64,000 nucleotides of DNA from an uncultured Anaerolineaceae bacterium (GTDB taxonomy: Bacteria > Chloroflexota > Anaerolineae > Anaerolineales > E44-bin32): assembly GCA_964575425.1 (NCBI GenBank), contig CAZNRD010000005.1, positions 23,851 to 87,850 on the forward strand. The letters are read 5' to 3'. Of the stretch, positions 53,590 to 61,463 are shown piece by piece; positions within the stretch are counted from its first letter, which is position 1, and each line of letters starts with the position of its first letter. Under the pieces are notes generated by a model. That model did not search any database. It was not told the DNA's origin and saw only the letters and a list, made by a program, of their open reading frames with translations. The position numbers and the translations under genes were made by a program.

Positions 53590-55488
53590 GTGTTGGTCCT
53601 GCTCCCGGGGCTCGTCTTTGTCGGATTGGTGCTGCTCCTGTCGGCGCGGCGGCCCACCTGGGGCTGGCGGCGGAGTTTCGTCCGCGGCGCGATTCTGGCG
53701 GCCTCGGCCGCCATCCTGGGCACGGAGACTCTGAGCCTGGTCGGCGGGGTGACCCGGTCGGGGCTGGCCCTTGCCTGGAGCCTGCTGCTGGCGGCGGAGG
53801 CGGCGTGGTTCGTTGTTGCCATCCGGAGAGGACAGGGGCTTCGCTTTCCGCCGGTGCGGCTGCCTTGCGGCCGGCTTGACCGAGCGCTTCTGCTGGCGGT
53901 TGTCCTGATCGTGCTGGTCGTCGGGGCCGTAGCCTATCTATCCCCGCCCAATACGTGGGATTCACTGAACTACCACATGGCGCGTGTCGCTCATTGGGCG
54001 CAGCTGCGGGCGATCCGCCCCTATGCCACTGGCATCGAGGTGCAGAACGGACACGGGCCGGGAGCCGAGACTCTGGTCCTGCAACTCTACATTCTGGCTT
54101 CCGGCGACCGGTGGGTCAACTTCGTCCAATGGCTGGCGATGGTGACGTGCCTGGTCGCGGCCTCGCGGCTGACAAGCGGTCTGGGAGCGACTCCGCTGGG
54201 CGAAACGCTGGCGACGCTGCTGGTGGCTGCATTACCGATCGGGATCGCGGAGGCTTCCAGCACCATGAACGACTACGTCCTGGCAGCGTGGATCATGGCA
54301 GTCGCCTCGGAGACGCTGGATGTGCTCGCAGGCAGCGAGGATCGCGGCTCGGTGTTTACCCTCAGCCTGGCTGCTGGACTGGCCGCGTCTGTCAAAGTCA
54401 CGGCATTCGTCTACCTTTTGCCCTTTGCCGTGCTGGCTGGGGTAGCCATCATTCGCCGGGAGCCGAAGGCACGCGTGGCTGTGGCGGTTGCCGTAGCCGG
54501 AGCGGCAATGCTGCTGCTCAACCTCGGCCAGTGGAGCCGCAACCTTGCCGTCTTCGGCAATCCGGTCGGGGTGCCTGCGCAGGTGCAACTTCATGCACTC
54601 GAGCTTCGCACCCCTGCTGGATGGATCTCCAACCTCACCCGGCACGCTGGGATGCACGCCTTCACCCCCTGGCGGGCCGTCAACAGGCAAGTGATGCGGG
54701 CTATCAGCAAGATCCATCAGTTGATCGGCGTGGACCTGAACGACCCACGCACGACGGCAATTGGCGAGTTCACCCCGTTCACGCCGATGACCGAGGAAAC
54801 CCGCTCGACCAACTGGTACCATGCCTGGCTCTACCTTCTGTCCGGTGCGCTGATGATCGTCGGCTTCAGACGCTTTCGGTCGCTGGTCTTCGTCTATGCC
54901 GCTGCCGCATTGGCGACCTTTGTGCTGTTCTGCTTCGTTTTCAAATGGCAAGTCTTCAGCAGTCGGTTGCTCCTGCCATTCTTCGTCCTTCTGGCGCCAG
55001 TTGCAGCCCGCGCGGTGACGGCCTGGTTCCCCTCCTGGCTGGTGGGGGTTCTCGGGGCGGCCATCCTTGTCGCCTGCTGGCCATGGCTGACCGGGATCGA
55101 CAATCGGCCGCTCCTGCCGAAAGCAGGAAGCGTGGTCACGATTCTGAACACGCCGAGAGAGGACCTGTATGCCTGGCCCGGCTCTATCGCTCCTCATCAG
55201 GCGGTGGCCGAACGGATCCTCGCCCAAGGATGCTCCACGGTCGGCATAGCCATCTCCGGGGCGGGTGCGGAGTATCCGTTCTGGGCGTTCCTCGGTGCGC
55301 CCCGATCCGACCTGCGAATCGACTGGATTGTTTCAGGGACGCCTTCCGGGAAGTACGAGGATCCCGACTTCGCTCCCTGCGCGGTGATCTGCGACTGGTC
55401 CTGCCCGGCGGACTCGACGACAATTCGCGGGTTGGTCCTGGCCGACACGATCGGCGGCCTGCGCCTCTTCCTGCCGCCGGGGTCGTGA
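53590..55488 (+). CDS. Polytopic GT-C-like membrane protein, paralog family A copy 3
   Basis: 632 aa from GTG 53590 (TTG 53593 alternative), with SD GGGGGAGG upstream. Motifs: PPNTWDSLNYHMARVAHWAQLRAIRPYATGIEVQNGHGPGAE, ASSTMNDYVLAAW. C-terminal FAPCAVICDWSCPADSTTIRGL. Confidence 0.6.
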   Translation: MLVLLPGLVFVGLVLLLSARRPTWGWRRSFVRGAILAASAAILGTETLSLVGGVTRSGLALAWSLLLAAEAAWFVVAIRRGQGLRFPPVRLPCGRLDRALLLAVVLIVLVVGAVAYLSPPNTWDSLNYHMARVAHWAQLRAIRPYATGIEVQNGHGPGAETLVLQLYILASGDRWVNFVQWLAMVTCLVAASRLTSGLGATPLGETLATLLVAALPIGIAEASSTMNDYVLAAWIMAVASETLDVLAGSEDRGSVFTLSLAAGLAASVKVTAFVYLLPFAVLAGVAIIRREPKARVAVAVAVAGAAMLLLNLGQWSRNLAVFGNPVGVPAQVQLHALELRTPAGWISNLTRHAGMHAFTPWRAVNRQVMRAISKIHQLIGVDLNDPRTTAIGEFTPFTPMTEETRSTNWYHAWLYLLSGALMIVGFRRFRSLVFVYAAAALATFVLFCFVFKWQVFSSRLLLPFFVLLAPVAARAVTAWFPSWLVGVLGAAILVACWPWLTGIDNRPLLPKAGSVVTILNTPREDLYAWPGSIAPHQAVAERILAQGCSTVGIAISGAGAEYPFWAFLGAPRSDLRIDWIVSGTPSGKYEDPDFAPCAVICDWSCPADSTTIRGLVLADTIGGLRLFLPPGS

Positions 55489-55902
55489 GGAGATGTCGGC
55501 CAATTCACTCAGGGCGCGTTGGGAGTCGGTTACGTCACGGGATCGGCGCCGGACCGTCAGAGACCGGGCCAGGTACAATCGGCCTGGTCGTCGGCCGCCT
55601 AGGGGTCGGAATGTCACTCCCGGCAGGCCGATTGGGGCGTGGAGAGGAAGCATGCCCTCAAGACAGGGGTCAGGGACAGCCAGCGGCGCGGGCGAGATCA
55701 TTCCCCCGGTGTGCATCGGGGGAGAGGTTGTCGCAGTCCTCGGCCTTTGCCGGATCGGTGTCCTTCTTGCCCTGGGCTCGCCGCCGGCCACCCGGGATGT
55801 CCATAACCGCTCCGGGGGTGGCGGGTTAACCTGCCGCAGAGGTCGGTGGCGTCGGATCGCCCCCGGCGAGGGCCACTTGCGCGGCTTCGGCATTCCCTCT
55901 CG

Positions 55903-56014
55903 GGAGGCACGGCACAACCCGAGGATCGTCGACCCGCCGTTCCATCCCCGCGAGCGGACCCATGTCACGACGAATACCCAGCGCTGGAAGCGCGGTTGGC
56001 TGCTGCCGGTGTAG
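55903..56014 (+). pseudogene. Relic 3' end of a second methyltransferase-GT2 gene (homologous to 53349..53462)
   Basis: Hand alignment without gaps: about 102 nt with about 22 mismatches against the 3' end of 52042..53496. The translated relic ARHNPRIVDPPFHPRERTHVTTNTQRWKRGWLL matches ARRNLKIVDLPIRYRERTYGTTNIQRWKHGWLL. Nothing upstream of it (55489..55900) looks coding. Confidence 0.6.
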
Positions 56015-56039
56015 TATCGTCAACCTGGAGGACTCCATC

Positions 56040-57059
56040 GTGACAGAAAGCGACCAGGGCAGACGTCGTCCGCAGGTGGACATCGTGGTTCCTGTTCACA
56101 ATGAGGAGCAAGCCCTGCCGGCGTTCCACGCCAGGCTGTCTCGCGCACTGGAAAGCCTCCCCTATGAGTTCTGCATCTGCTACGTTGACGACGGGTCGAG
56201 CGACGGGACGGATCAGGTGCTTGCCTCGATCCGCGCCGCGGACCTAAGGGTGGGAGTCCTTCGGCTCAGCCGGAATTTCGGCCACCAGGCGGCTCTCAGC
56301 GCGGGCCTTGACAGGGCCTCCGGTGACGCGGTCATAACGATCGATGGAGACGGCCAGCATCCTCCGGAGCTGATCCCGCAGATGCTGGAGCTCTACGAGG
56401 TGGGCTATCAGGTGGTTCTGACCCAGCGCAGTGCGGATGAGGCCTCGCTGTTCAAACGCTGGAGTTCAACCGCCTTCTATTCGCTGATCAATGCTGTGGC
56501 TGAGACTCGGCTCGTTCCGGGTTCCGCTGATTTCCGTCTCCTATCGCGGCAGGCTGCGGACGCGCTCCGGGGCATGCGGGAATACCACCGGTTCTTGCGC
56601 GGCATGGTTTCCTGGATCGGCTACCGGACGGTGATCCTTCCGTTCAAACCAGGCGCGCGCATGGGCGGCAAGTCCAAGTACAGCCTTCGGAAGATGGTTC
56701 GGCTGGCCATGGACGCCATTTTCTCCTTCTCCCTGATGCCCCTCTATCTCGGCATCGCACTCGGCTTGTTCTTCCTAGCGCTGGCTGCTGTCGAGATTCT
56801 CTACGTGCTCAGTCTATGGCTGTCCAGAGAGACAGCGACCCTGGCACCGGGCTGGAGCTCTCTGATGTTCGTCGTCCTGTTTGTCGGAGCTACCCTCTCG
56901 ATCATCCTGGGGATCGTGGGCCTCTACGTCGGCTACATCTTCCAGGAGGTCAAGCGCAGGCCGCCGTACCTCGTGGAGATGGATGCGCGTGGCAAGCAGG
57001 ACGGAGCGGGAGGAAGGCCGTCGGATGACCGGACCGATGATTTGCCCCGTGCCGGGTGA
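56040..57059 (+). CDS. GtrB/ArnC/DPM1-like polyprenyl-phosphate glycosyltransferase (GT2 with C-terminal TM helices)
   Basis: ORF 55962..57059 trimmed to GTG 56040 (GGAGG 10 nt upstream; ATG 55962 lies inside the relic). Motifs: DIVVPVHNEEQALPAF, YVDDGSSDGTDQVL, LSRNFGHQAALSAGL, ITIDGDGQHPPELIPQM, YHRFLRGMVSWIGYR, then two hydrophobic helices. Confidence 0.8.
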   Translation: MTESDQGRRRPQVDIVVPVHNEEQALPAFHARLSRALESLPYEFCICYVDDGSSDGTDQVLASIRAADLRVGVLRLSRNFGHQAALSAGLDRASGDAVITIDGDGQHPPELIPQMLELYEVGYQVVLTQRSADEASLFKRWSSTAFYSLINAVAETRLVPGSADFRLLSRQAADALRGMREYHRFLRGMVSWIGYRTVILPFKPGARMGGKSKYSLRKMVRLAMDAIFSFSLMPLYLGIALGLFFLALAAVEILYVLSLWLSRETATLAPGWSSLMFVVLFVGATLSIILGIVGLYVGYIFQEVKRRPPYLVEMDARGKQDGAGGRPSDDRTDDLPRAG

Positions 57060-57175
57060 GAGCATCTCCCGTGACCGAGGCTTGCGCATCGAGTTGGACA
57101 GGAGCAATCTGCCTGCTGCGCGGCAGCGTCGTGAGCGTAGGCCCATTGGTCTCCACAAACCATCGGATGTAGAGC

Positions 57176-58840
57176 ATGCGCGGACAGTGTGAGGGGAAGA
57201 CAAACCTCTCCTTCCTCTCCGAGCGCCTGCTGACCTGGTCGCTGGTTGGCATATGCGTGGCGGTCATGATGCCGCGACTTACCTCCGCGCACTTCGGCCT
57301 ATTGGACGATGGCCGAACGGTAGCGATGGCGGAGCAGATGGCGCGCGGCAAGTTCGACCTGGGTTGGGACCGGAACGCGGGCCGTTTCCGGCCAGTGTAC
57401 TGGGCCATCCCTGCCGCCGTCTACGGCGCTGGGGGCGCGCAGCCCCTGTGGTTCTTTGCCGCCAACCTGATCTCCCTCGTGACGACCGTCGTGCTCATCA
57501 TGTGGCTTGTGCGTCGCGCGGGCGGCAGCAGGCTCGCTGCATGGTTGGCAGGCGCGCTGTTTGCCCTGTCCGGCCCCGCGGTGGAGGCCTACTACACACT
57601 TTCCAAGGGGGAGGTGTACCAGGTCCTGCTGCTGGTGGCGGCGCTGACTGTCATGGATAGGCTGTCGACGCGACTTCCCCGGTCGCGCCCGGTCATCACG
57701 GCGGGGCTGACAGCAGCCCTCCTGTTTCTCGCATACAGTGTGAAGGAGACCTCGCTGGCCATGTTGCCCATCAGTCTTGGCTGGTGGCTGGTGGAGCTCC
57801 TTCGCTCGCGCCGCGTCGCGGGTGGAGAGAGACTGAGTGGGCGAGGAGCATTCCTGGTGGCCAATGTCGTTGCGGCCGGGGCGTACTTGACGGCGCGAGC
57901 GGTCTTCCTGGGCGGCGGTCCGGGTGGTGGGGACTACACGTTTCGCTATGCAGTTGGCCTCGACGGCGTGGTTTCCAGTGCAACCCGCTGGGCCGGCTGG
58001 CTGCTGCGGGACTTCCCATATCTCGTTCCCATGGTGCTCGCGGCGGCCTCATTGCAGCCTGGCCGAGGCGTTCTTCTGGCCGGCAGGGAGATGATGGAGG
58101 CTGCACTTTGGATAGTGGGTTGGACTGTGGTCTTCCTTCCGTGGCCGTGGACCGATGAGTATTATCTGCTCCCTTGTGCGGCCGGGGTCGCACGGATGAT
58201 GGCGGCCGTGACCGATGCGGTTCTGGTGGACCTCAGGAGTTTGGCGGCGAGTCGGCGGTGGTTGGCGTCTGTCTTCCTGCTGCTGGCGGCTCTCGGCTTC
58301 ACCGTGACTGTGCCCAATGCTGTGACCTCGGCGCGCATTCAGCTTGCAGTCGACCAGGCCAACGCCGAGATGATCTCATTCCTGGCGAGAGAGCTGCCCG
58401 AGGGTTCGACGCTCCTCGTCAATCTGCAGGTGCCGCGGGAGTACTTCGATCAGATAGGCATTCACCTGCATGACCTCCATGACCGAGCAGACATTCGGGT
58501 CGTGGCCTACCAGGGAGAGGCGCTTGAGGGCTTCGCTACCGGTGCTGGAAAAACCTTCCTGCTCACAGGCTGGATTGAGGGAAAGCCGTATTTCACGGTG
58601 AGGATCGGGGTGAATGAGGCGGATATGCACCGGTGGAATGCCTCCCTCGATGCGAACCTGCCGACGGGAGCCGTGGTGGTCTTCGAAACGAGCCGAGGAT
58701 TTGGCCGGGCAAACCTCGAGATTCCTGCGCTGCTTTGTCCCCTCGCGCCGGGAAAAGCATTCTGTGCCGAGCCAAGGCCGTTCTTCGAAAGGGAACTTTT
58801 CGTTTACGGCTGGAGGCTGTACGCGCTGCCGGGTCCATGA
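57176..58840 (+). CDS. ArnT/PMT-like GT-C glycosyltransferase (GT39/GT83-type)
   Basis: 554 aa. First loop SAHFGLLDDGRTVAMAEQMARGKFDLGWDRNAGRFRPVYW; about 11 helices and a C-terminal soluble domain. It sits directly downstream of the GtrB-like gene. Confidence 0.6.
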   Translation: MRGQCEGKTNLSFLSERLLTWSLVGICVAVMMPRLTSAHFGLLDDGRTVAMAEQMARGKFDLGWDRNAGRFRPVYWAIPAAVYGAGGAQPLWFFAANLISLVTTVVLIMWLVRRAGGSRLAAWLAGALFALSGPAVEAYYTLSKGEVYQVLLLVAALTVMDRLSTRLPRSRPVITAGLTAALLFLAYSVKETSLAMLPISLGWWLVELLRSRRVAGGERLSGRGAFLVANVVAAGAYLTARAVFLGGGPGGGDYTFRYAVGLDGVVSSATRWAGWLLRDFPYLVPMVLAAASLQPGRGVLLAGREMMEAALWIVGWTVVFLPWPWTDEYYLLPCAAGVARMMAAVTDAVLVDLRSLAASRRWLASVFLLLAALGFTVTVPNAVTSARIQLAVDQANAEMISFLARELPEGSTLLVNLQVPREYFDQIGIHLHDLHDRADIRVVAYQGEALEGFATGAGKTFLLTGWIEGKPYFTVRIGVNEADMHRWNASLDANLPTGAVVVFETSRGFGRANLEIPALLCPLAPGKAFCAEPRPFFERELFVYGWRLYALPGP

Positions 58841-59010
58841 GGCCTGCATCGTAGGGACCACCTGCGCCTTACCCCCCGAGCCCTCTCCCTGGGCTCAGAG
58901 CGACGGGGCGTAGTGCCCCTTGGCGCCCATGGGCAGGGATGGGGGGTGTGAGGGCCTCCGCGCAGTGGACGAGATGCGTGCGGCAATTCAACAGTCTCCC
59001 GGATGGCAAG

Positions 59011-59039
59011 TTGACAGGCGCCTACCCTTCCGGCAGAAT
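59011..59039 (+). promoter_or_regulatory. Sigma70-like promoter candidate for the GT4 pair
   Basis: TTGACA (59011..59016), a 17-nt spacer, then CAGAAT (59034..59039; 4 of 6 matches to TATAAT), 35 nt upstream of ATG 59074, in a 233-bp gap. Confidence 0.3.
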
Positions 59040-59073
59040 CCCCGGAAACGGTGTCCGAGGTCACTGGTAAGTC

Positions 59074-60192
59074 ATGACCCTGGCCAGAGGCGCTTGTCCC
59101 GATGTTGCCCTGTTCATTCCCACGCTCCACGGCGGCGGAGCTGAGCGCGTCCTGCTCAATTTAGCGCAGTACCTTCGGGATCGCTCGTGTGGCGTCGATC
59201 TTGTTGCTGCGGGAGCAGTTGGGCCATTGCTGGAAGCAGTGCCGGCAGGGGTCCGGGTAGTCGACCTGGGCTCCTCTCACGTGCTGGGCAGTCTACCGTC
59301 GCTCGTTCGGTATCTGCGCCGCTGCCGCCCGCGAGCGATGCTCTCAGCTCTGGATCATGCCAACCTGGTGGCCATTTGGGCTGGGATGCTTACGAAGGCT
59401 AGGACGAAGGTTTTCGTCAGCGTGCATGTCGCGCAAGGTGCGGCGCCGCGCGCGGCGTGGCGCGGTCGTGACCGGTGGGTGAGGCGGCTGGCGGGGGTCT
59501 CCTACTCTCGGGCCGAGGCGGTTGTGGCCGTCTCAAAGGGAGTGGCCGATGACTTGGTCCATGGAGTTGGGGTGCCTTCGGGCAAGGTTCGGGTGATCCA
59601 CAACCCGGTGGTGCTCCCCGCGGTGGTTGAGGCATCTGCGCTCGACCCCGGGCATCCCTGGCTGGTACGGGGAGGTCCCCCTGTCATTCTTGGAGCGGGG
59701 CGGCTGACTGCGCAGAAGGATTTCGCCACTCTGATCACCGCTTTTGCGAATGTCCGGACGGTGCGTCCTTCCCGTCTTCTCATCCTGGGCGAGGGGGAGG
59801 AGCGGGCGAAGCTTGAGGGTCTGATCAGGGCACTCTCGATTGAGCAAGAGGTTTCGCTATATGGGTTCACTACCAATCCCTATGCCTTCATGAGTCGGGC
59901 GGGTGTGTTCGTGCTCAGCTCGGCCTGGGAGGGCTTCGGGATCGTGCTGGTTGAGGCGATGGCGTGCGGCACGCCGGTGGTGAGCACCGATTGTGTCGCC
60001 GGCCCGGCCGAGATCCTCGAGAATGGCAAGTACGGAAGGCTCGTACCCGTGGGAGACGGGCAAGCGCTTGCGGATGCCATCCTGGCGGCCCTGGACAACC
60101 CGACGGCTCCGGAGGTCCTCCGAGCGCGGGCGGCCGACTTCTCGCTGGAGAAGATCGGGGCCGAGTACCTGGAGCTTCTGTGTCCGAGCTGA
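59074..60192 (+). CDS. Glycosyltransferase family 4 (GT-B)
   Basis: 372 aa. VALFIPTLHGGGAERVLLNLAQYL at the N-terminus; SSAWEGFGIVLVEAMACGTPVVSTDCVAGPAEIL is the E-x7-E region. Confidence 0.8.
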   Translation: MTLARGACPDVALFIPTLHGGGAERVLLNLAQYLRDRSCGVDLVAAGAVGPLLEAVPAGVRVVDLGSSHVLGSLPSLVRYLRRCRPRAMLSALDHANLVAIWAGMLTKARTKVFVSVHVAQGAAPRAAWRGRDRWVRRLAGVSYSRAEAVVAVSKGVADDLVHGVGVPSGKVRVIHNPVVLPAVVEASALDPGHPWLVRGGPPVILGAGRLTAQKDFATLITAFANVRTVRPSRLLILGEGEERAKLEGLIRALSIEQEVSLYGFTTNPYAFMSRAGVFVLSSAWEGFGIVLVEAMACGTPVVSTDCVAGPAEILENGKYGRLVPVGDGQALADAILAALDNPTAPEVLRARAADFSLEKIGAEYLELLCPS

Positions 60193-61367
60193 TGACAGAA
60201 GACAACGGGCTGGCAGAGCATCGCCCCCTGCGAATCCTCCATGTCATCTCGGGTCTCGGCTTGGGGGGCGCCGAGACCATGCTGTTTCGCCTCGTGACGC
60301 GGCTCGCGAGGGAGTCCTTCGCCTGCCATGTGGTCTCAATGACGACCGAGGGCGAATTCGGGCCGCGGCTGCGGTCCTCTGGGATCCCGGTGTCGACTCT
60401 AGGTATGAGACGAGGGATCCCTTCGCCGGCGGGGCTGCTCAAGCTGGTGCGGCTGCTGCGGCGCGAGCGGCCGGCTGTGGTCCAGACATGGATGTACCAT
60501 GCAGACCTCCTCGGAGGCCTGGCGGCTCACTTCGCCGGAAAGCCACCGGTCGTCTGGGGAATCCATCATACCGACCTGCGCCCGGGCAGCGCCCGTCGCC
60601 TGACGAGGCTGACGGCCCGGCTGAACGCGCGCCTTTCATCGTGGCTGCCGGCGAAGATTGTATGCGTCTCGCAGTCTGGCCTCCACCTGCACGAGCAGCA
60701 GGGCCATGAAGCCTCCCGGATGATTGTGATCCCGAATGGCTTCGATCTGGATGCCTTCCGGCCGGACGCTCAGGCGAGGCAGCAAGTGAGAGTCGAACTC
60801 GGCCTTCTGCCCGAGTCGCTGTTGGTCGGGCACATCGCCCGGTTCCATCCCCAAAAGGGCCACCACGCGTTCATCCGGGCGGCTGTCCGCGTGCGCGCAC
60901 AAGTTGGCCAGGCACGTTTCCTCTTGGCGGGCGAGGGCGTGGCGCGAGACAATCAGGAACTGGCTGGCTGGATCCGCGAGGCCGGGCTGGAAAGCGTGGT
61001 GTATCTTCTGGGGAAGCGATTGGACAGCCAGCGGCTGCTCGCGGCACTGGATGTCTTCTGCCTCTCCTCCTCCGGCGAGTCGTTTCCGCTGGCTGTGGGC
61101 GAGGCCATGGCGTGCGGCGTGCCCTGTGTGGTGACCGACGTCGGCGACGCCGCAGCCATCGTTGGTCCGACAGGCCTTGTCGTGCCCTCAAGCGATGTGG
61201 ATCAGCTGGCCGACGCCCTGGTGGAGATGCTTGCCATGCCAGGAGAGGAACGGGCCAGGCTGGGCGAAATGGGGCGCGAGAGAATTCGGGCTCGGTACAG
61301 CCTTGAGGCTGTCGTTGACATGTACGCAAGACTGTATCGCGCGCTGGCCAAGTGCGGCAGAGGGTAG
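60192..61367 (+). CDS. Glycosyltransferase family 4 (GT-B)
   Basis: ORF 59964..61367 trimmed to ATG 60192 (1-nt overlap, TGATG). Motifs: LRILHVISGLGLGGAETMLFRLV, SSSGESFPLAVGEAMACGVPCVVTDVGDAAAIVG. Confidence 0.8.
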   Translation: MTEDNGLAEHRPLRILHVISGLGLGGAETMLFRLVTRLARESFACHVVSMTTEGEFGPRLRSSGIPVSTLGMRRGIPSPAGLLKLVRLLRRERPAVVQTWMYHADLLGGLAAHFAGKPPVVWGIHHTDLRPGSARRLTRLTARLNARLSSWLPAKIVCVSQSGLHLHEQQGHEASRMIVIPNGFDLDAFRPDAQARQQVRVELGLLPESLLVGHIARFHPQKGHHAFIRAAVRVRAQVGQARFLLAGEGVARDNQELAGWIREAGLESVVYLLGKRLDSQRLLAALDVFCLSSSGESFPLAVGEAMACGVPCVVTDVGDAAAIVGPTGLVVPSSDVDQLADALVEMLAMPGEERARLGEMGRERIRARYSLEAVVDMYARLYRALAKCGRG

Positions 61368-61463
61368 CGACTCTTCACGGTGACCGTCTATTGGTCTGGC
61401 TGTTCGACTCATTTGCCGGTCTTCATTTGCGCTAGGCGTACGACACGGCTCCTGGAGTGACCG

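Noticed and set aside
53955-55829. 624-aa plus-strand ORF in an alternative frame over the third family A gene
   Set aside because: Its Arg/Gly/Pro-rich low-complexity translation has no motifs. The overlapping frame 53590..55488 is homologous to two other genes in the window.
55493-56014. 173-aa plus-strand ORF in the large gap after the third family A gene
   Set aside because: Only its last ~35 codons show similarity to anything (the 3' end of the MT-GT2 gene). The rest is Arg/Gly-rich with no coding character, so it was called a relic rather than a gene.
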